In this document: positions 63,761 through 64,000 of the stretch, in pieces
How positions within the stretch are numbered: position 1 is the first letter of the stretch
Layout: every line of letters begins with the position of its first letter
Assembly (NCBI GenBank): GCA_013239625.1
Contig: MU056050.1
Location: forward strand, 304,504 to 368,503
Direction: 5' to 3'
DNA: 64,000 nucleotides
DNA from: Lama guanicoe
Lineage: Eukaryota
Program-made: the position numbers and the translations under genes
Notes under the pieces: model-generated
Told to the model about the DNA's origin: nothing
The model's input: the letters and a program-made list of their open reading frames with translations, nothing else
Databases searched by the model: none

Positions 63761-64000
63761 CCTTGAATATACTGAGTGCTAAAAAGAGATACATGGAGAA
63801 TGTTTAGTGGTGGCGCAAAGGAGGAAATAATTCAAAACATGCTAAGGATTTTCTGTTCCTAGTCTGCATCACCTTTGACACAGACTTCAAAGAATGTCAA
63901 GAGAATATTCTTTGACAGAATGGCTAAACACATTGTGGATATTCACACAAGAAAATATCACACAGCATTGAAAAATAAATTACAGCTACATGCATAAATC

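Noticed and set aside
57300..64000. Upstream first coding exon of the long CUL4B isoform (human MMSQSSGSG... type)
   Set aside because: I could not find a matching phase-1 exon; it probably lies beyond the window end, but a diverged copy could have been missed by eye.

Overview
Mammalian genomic DNA, probably camelid judging from tRNA-Ala-derived SINEs and artiodactyl-type L1 3' ends (inference). The right half holds a complete CUL4B (cullin-4B, X-linked in mammals) gene on the minus strand. Its 20 coding exons (56400->29205) splice by hand into an intact 2694-nt ORF (897 aa + TAA). It has a ~2.15-kb 3'UTR, a CpG-island promoter at ~56.4-57.4 kb and one U12 AT-AC intron. There is an alternative upstream coding exon (MKSVCPVTS) that extends into an open 162-nt proline-rich phase-1/phase-1 cassette overlapping promoter motifs. 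The left ~26 kb is repeat-dense intergenic DNA: a decayed hAT-Blackjack transposase fossil, two multi-kb L1s with nested insertions, MLT1/MLT2 solo LTRs, MIR/L2/MER elements, a U2 snRNA 5' fragment and a strong CTCF motif. I found no evidence of a wholly new biological system. The best leads are the multi-use CUL4B 5' end, the minor intron and the transposon history. Repeat family names and human/mouse comparisons come from recall, not database searches, and repeat boundaries without TSDs are approximate.
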